The notes below the pieces were generated by a model. It did not search any database. It was not told the DNA's origin and saw only the letters and a list, made by a program, of their open reading frames with translations. Made by a program: the position numbers and the translations under genes. A stretch of 64,000 nt of DNA from Bugula neritina. Taxonomy: Eukaryota; Animalia; Bryozoa. This document shows positions 61,401-64,000 of this stretch, in pieces. Within the stretch, counting starts at the first letter, position 1; every line of letters begins with the position of its first letter. Location: the NCBI GenBank assembly GCA_964035545.1, contig OZ037772.1:13018818-13082817 (forward strand), given 5' to 3'.

Positions 61401-64000
61401 TGTACTAATACATACTACTAGGTGTACTAATACATACTACTAGGTGTACTAATACATACTACTAGGTGTACTAATACATACTACTAGGTGTACTAATACA
61501 TACTACTAGGTGTACTAATACATACTACTAGGTGTACTAATACATACTACTAGGTGTACTAATACATACTACTAGGTGTACTAATACATACTACTAGGTG
61601 TAGTAATACATACTACTAGGTGTACTAATACATACTACTTGGTGTACTAATACATACTACTTGGTGTACTAATACATACTACTAGGTGTACTAATACATA
61701 CTACTAGGTGTACTAATACATACTACTTGGTGTACTAATACATACTACTTGGTGTACTAATACATACTACTAGGTGTACTAATACATACTACTAGGTGTA
61801 CTAATACATACTACTAGGTGTACTAATACATACTACTTGGTGTACTAATACATACTACTAGGTGTACTAATACATACTACTAGGTGTACTAATACATGCT
61901 ACTAGGTGTACTAATACATGCTACTTGGTGTACTAATACATACTACTAGGTGTACTAATACATGCTACTTGGTGTACTAATACATACTACTAGGTGTACT
62001 AATACATACTACTTGGTGTACTAATACATACTACTAGGTGTACTAATACATACTACTAGGTGTACTAATACATACTACTAGGTGTACTAATACATGCTGC
62101 TAGGTGTACTAATACATACTACTAGGTGTACTAATACATGCTACTAGGTGTACTAATACATACTACTAGGTGTAATAATACATACTACTAGGTGTACTAA
62201 TACATACTACTAGGTGTACTAATACATGCTACTAGGTGTACTAATACATACTACTAGGTGTACTAATACATACTACTAGGTGTACTAATACATACTACTA
62301 GGTGTACTAATACATACTACTAGGTGTACTAATACATACTACTAGGTGTACTAATACATACTACTAGGTGTACTAATACATGCTACTAGGTGTACTAATA
62401 CATACTACTTGGTGTACTAATACATACTACTAGGTGTACTAATACATACTACTAGGTGTACTAATACATACTACTAGGTGTACTAATACATACTACTAGG
62501 TGTACTAATACATACTACTAGGTGTACTAATACATACTACTAGGTGTACTAATACATACTACTAGGTGTACTAATACATACTACTAGGTGTACTAATACA
62601 TACTACTAGGTGTACTAATACATACTACTAGGTGTACTAATACATACTACTAGGTGTACTAATACATACTACTTGGTGTACTAATACATACTACTAGGTG
62701 TACTAATACATACTACTAGGTGTACTAATACATACTACTTGGTGTACTAATACATGCTGCTAGGTGTACTAATACATACTACTAGGTGTACTAATACATA
62801 CTACTAGGTGTACTAATACATACTACTAGGTGTACTAATACATACTACTAGGTGTACTAATACATGCTACTAGGTGTACTAATACATACTACTAGGTGTA
62901 CTAATACATGCTACTAGGTGTACTAATACATGCTACTTGGTGTACTAATACATACTACTAGGTGTACTAATACATACTACTAGGTGTACTAATACATACT
63001 ACTAGGTGTACTAATACATACTACTAGGTGTACTAATACATGCTACTAGGTGTACTAATACATGCTGCTAGGTGTACTAATACATGCTACTAGGTGTACT
63101 AATACATGCTACTTGGTGTACTAATACATACTACTTGGTGTACTAATACATACTACTTGGTGTACTAATACATGCTACTAGGTGTACTAATACATACTAC
63201 TAGGTGTACTAATACATACTACTAGGTGTACTAATACATGCCACTAGGTGTACTAATACATACTACTAGGTGTACTAATACATACTACTAGGTGTACTAA
63301 TACATACTACTAGGTGTACTAATACATGCTACTAGGTGTACTAATACATACTACTAGGTGTACTAATACATACTACTAGGTGTACTAATACATACTACTA
63401 GGTGTACTAATACATACTACTAGGTGTACTAATACATACTACTAGGTGTACTAATACATACTACTAGGTGTACTAATACATACTACTTGGTGTACTAATA
63501 CATACTACTAGGTGTACTAATACATGCTGCTAGGTGTACTAATACATACTGATATCAAGCCATAGAAAGAAATTGGTAATCTTTAGAGGAGTATTAGAGT
63601 TTACAAATAAATCTGCTCATGTTGTTTCAGAATGACACAGATGACGGTTGGGAGAAAAGTTTAGAACAGCCAATAAAGGGTGGAGCTTGGGCTAAGAGTA
63701 AGAGAGCTGTCACGGAGGGGATATGGCTCTGGGACAGTCCGTTCATTATCAATGGGGTGAGTCTACAAGTTATGTCGGGATCAATAAATAGGCAGCAGGA
63801 AAATGTGTTACTTCACTCACATGAATATCTTCAGAAATGGCTAAATTATTGGTAATATTTTGTTGTGTTCCACTGATAGAAGTGAGATTGAACTCTCAGT
63901 TTACCAAATCACATACAATTGAGTGGTTTTATTTTCAGGTAGCGATCTACTTAATGGACTGCCAAGGGTCGGGGGACGCTGTGCGCAGCAGCCCCACATT
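55475..64000 (+). CDS. Second atlastin/GBP-family GTPase, 5' part only; exons 55475-55501, 55666-55905, 63631-63756, 63939-64000 (truncated)
   Basis: IISITGVFRSGKSFLLNL, WAKSKRAVTEGIWLWDSPF, VAIYLMDCQG; intron positions and phases match the minus paralog, including a 9-codon first exon. Confidence 0.88.
56090..63550 (+). repeat. About 7.46-kb 22-nt satellite GGTGTACTAATACATACTACTA (about 340 units) inside intron 55906-63630
   Basis: Direct reading; few recurrent variants. Confidence 0.98.

Overview
AT-rich, intron-rich invertebrate (metazoan) genomic DNA. Exons were hand-assembled from GT/AG sites with phase checks. Contents: (1) a complete ER Hsp70 BiP/HSPA5 gene (2081-5757, 660 aa, signal peptide, HDEL); (2) three tandem IAP paralogs on + (about 8.2-14.1, 20.8-28.1 and 32.7-41.5 kb) with 3xBIR-UBA-RING architecture, divergent mosaic N-terminal halves, near-identical C-terminal halves and, in two copies, a tandem-duplicated last RING exon; (3) a head-to-head pair of atlastin/GBP-family large GTPases. 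The minus copy is complete (about 681 aa) with an atlastin-type GTPase domain, no transmembrane hairpin, a long charged coiled coil and an intron-split CaaX (CT|IL*). The plus copy is truncated by the window end and has a 7.5-kb 22-mer satellite in one intron. Several MITE-like inverted-repeat elements, a probable tRNA-derived SINE and many mini/microsatellites are present. The most striking recurring pattern is that many intronic tandem repeats are built, in sense orientation, from splice signals (AG|GT junctions, TACTAAC/CACTAAC branch points, GTAAGT donors, polypyrimidine-CAG acceptors). The second highlight is the putative prenylated atlastin/GBP hybrid beside a diversifying IAP array, which may be a cell-autonomous immunity/cell-death locus. 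All functional statements are inference; no searches were run.
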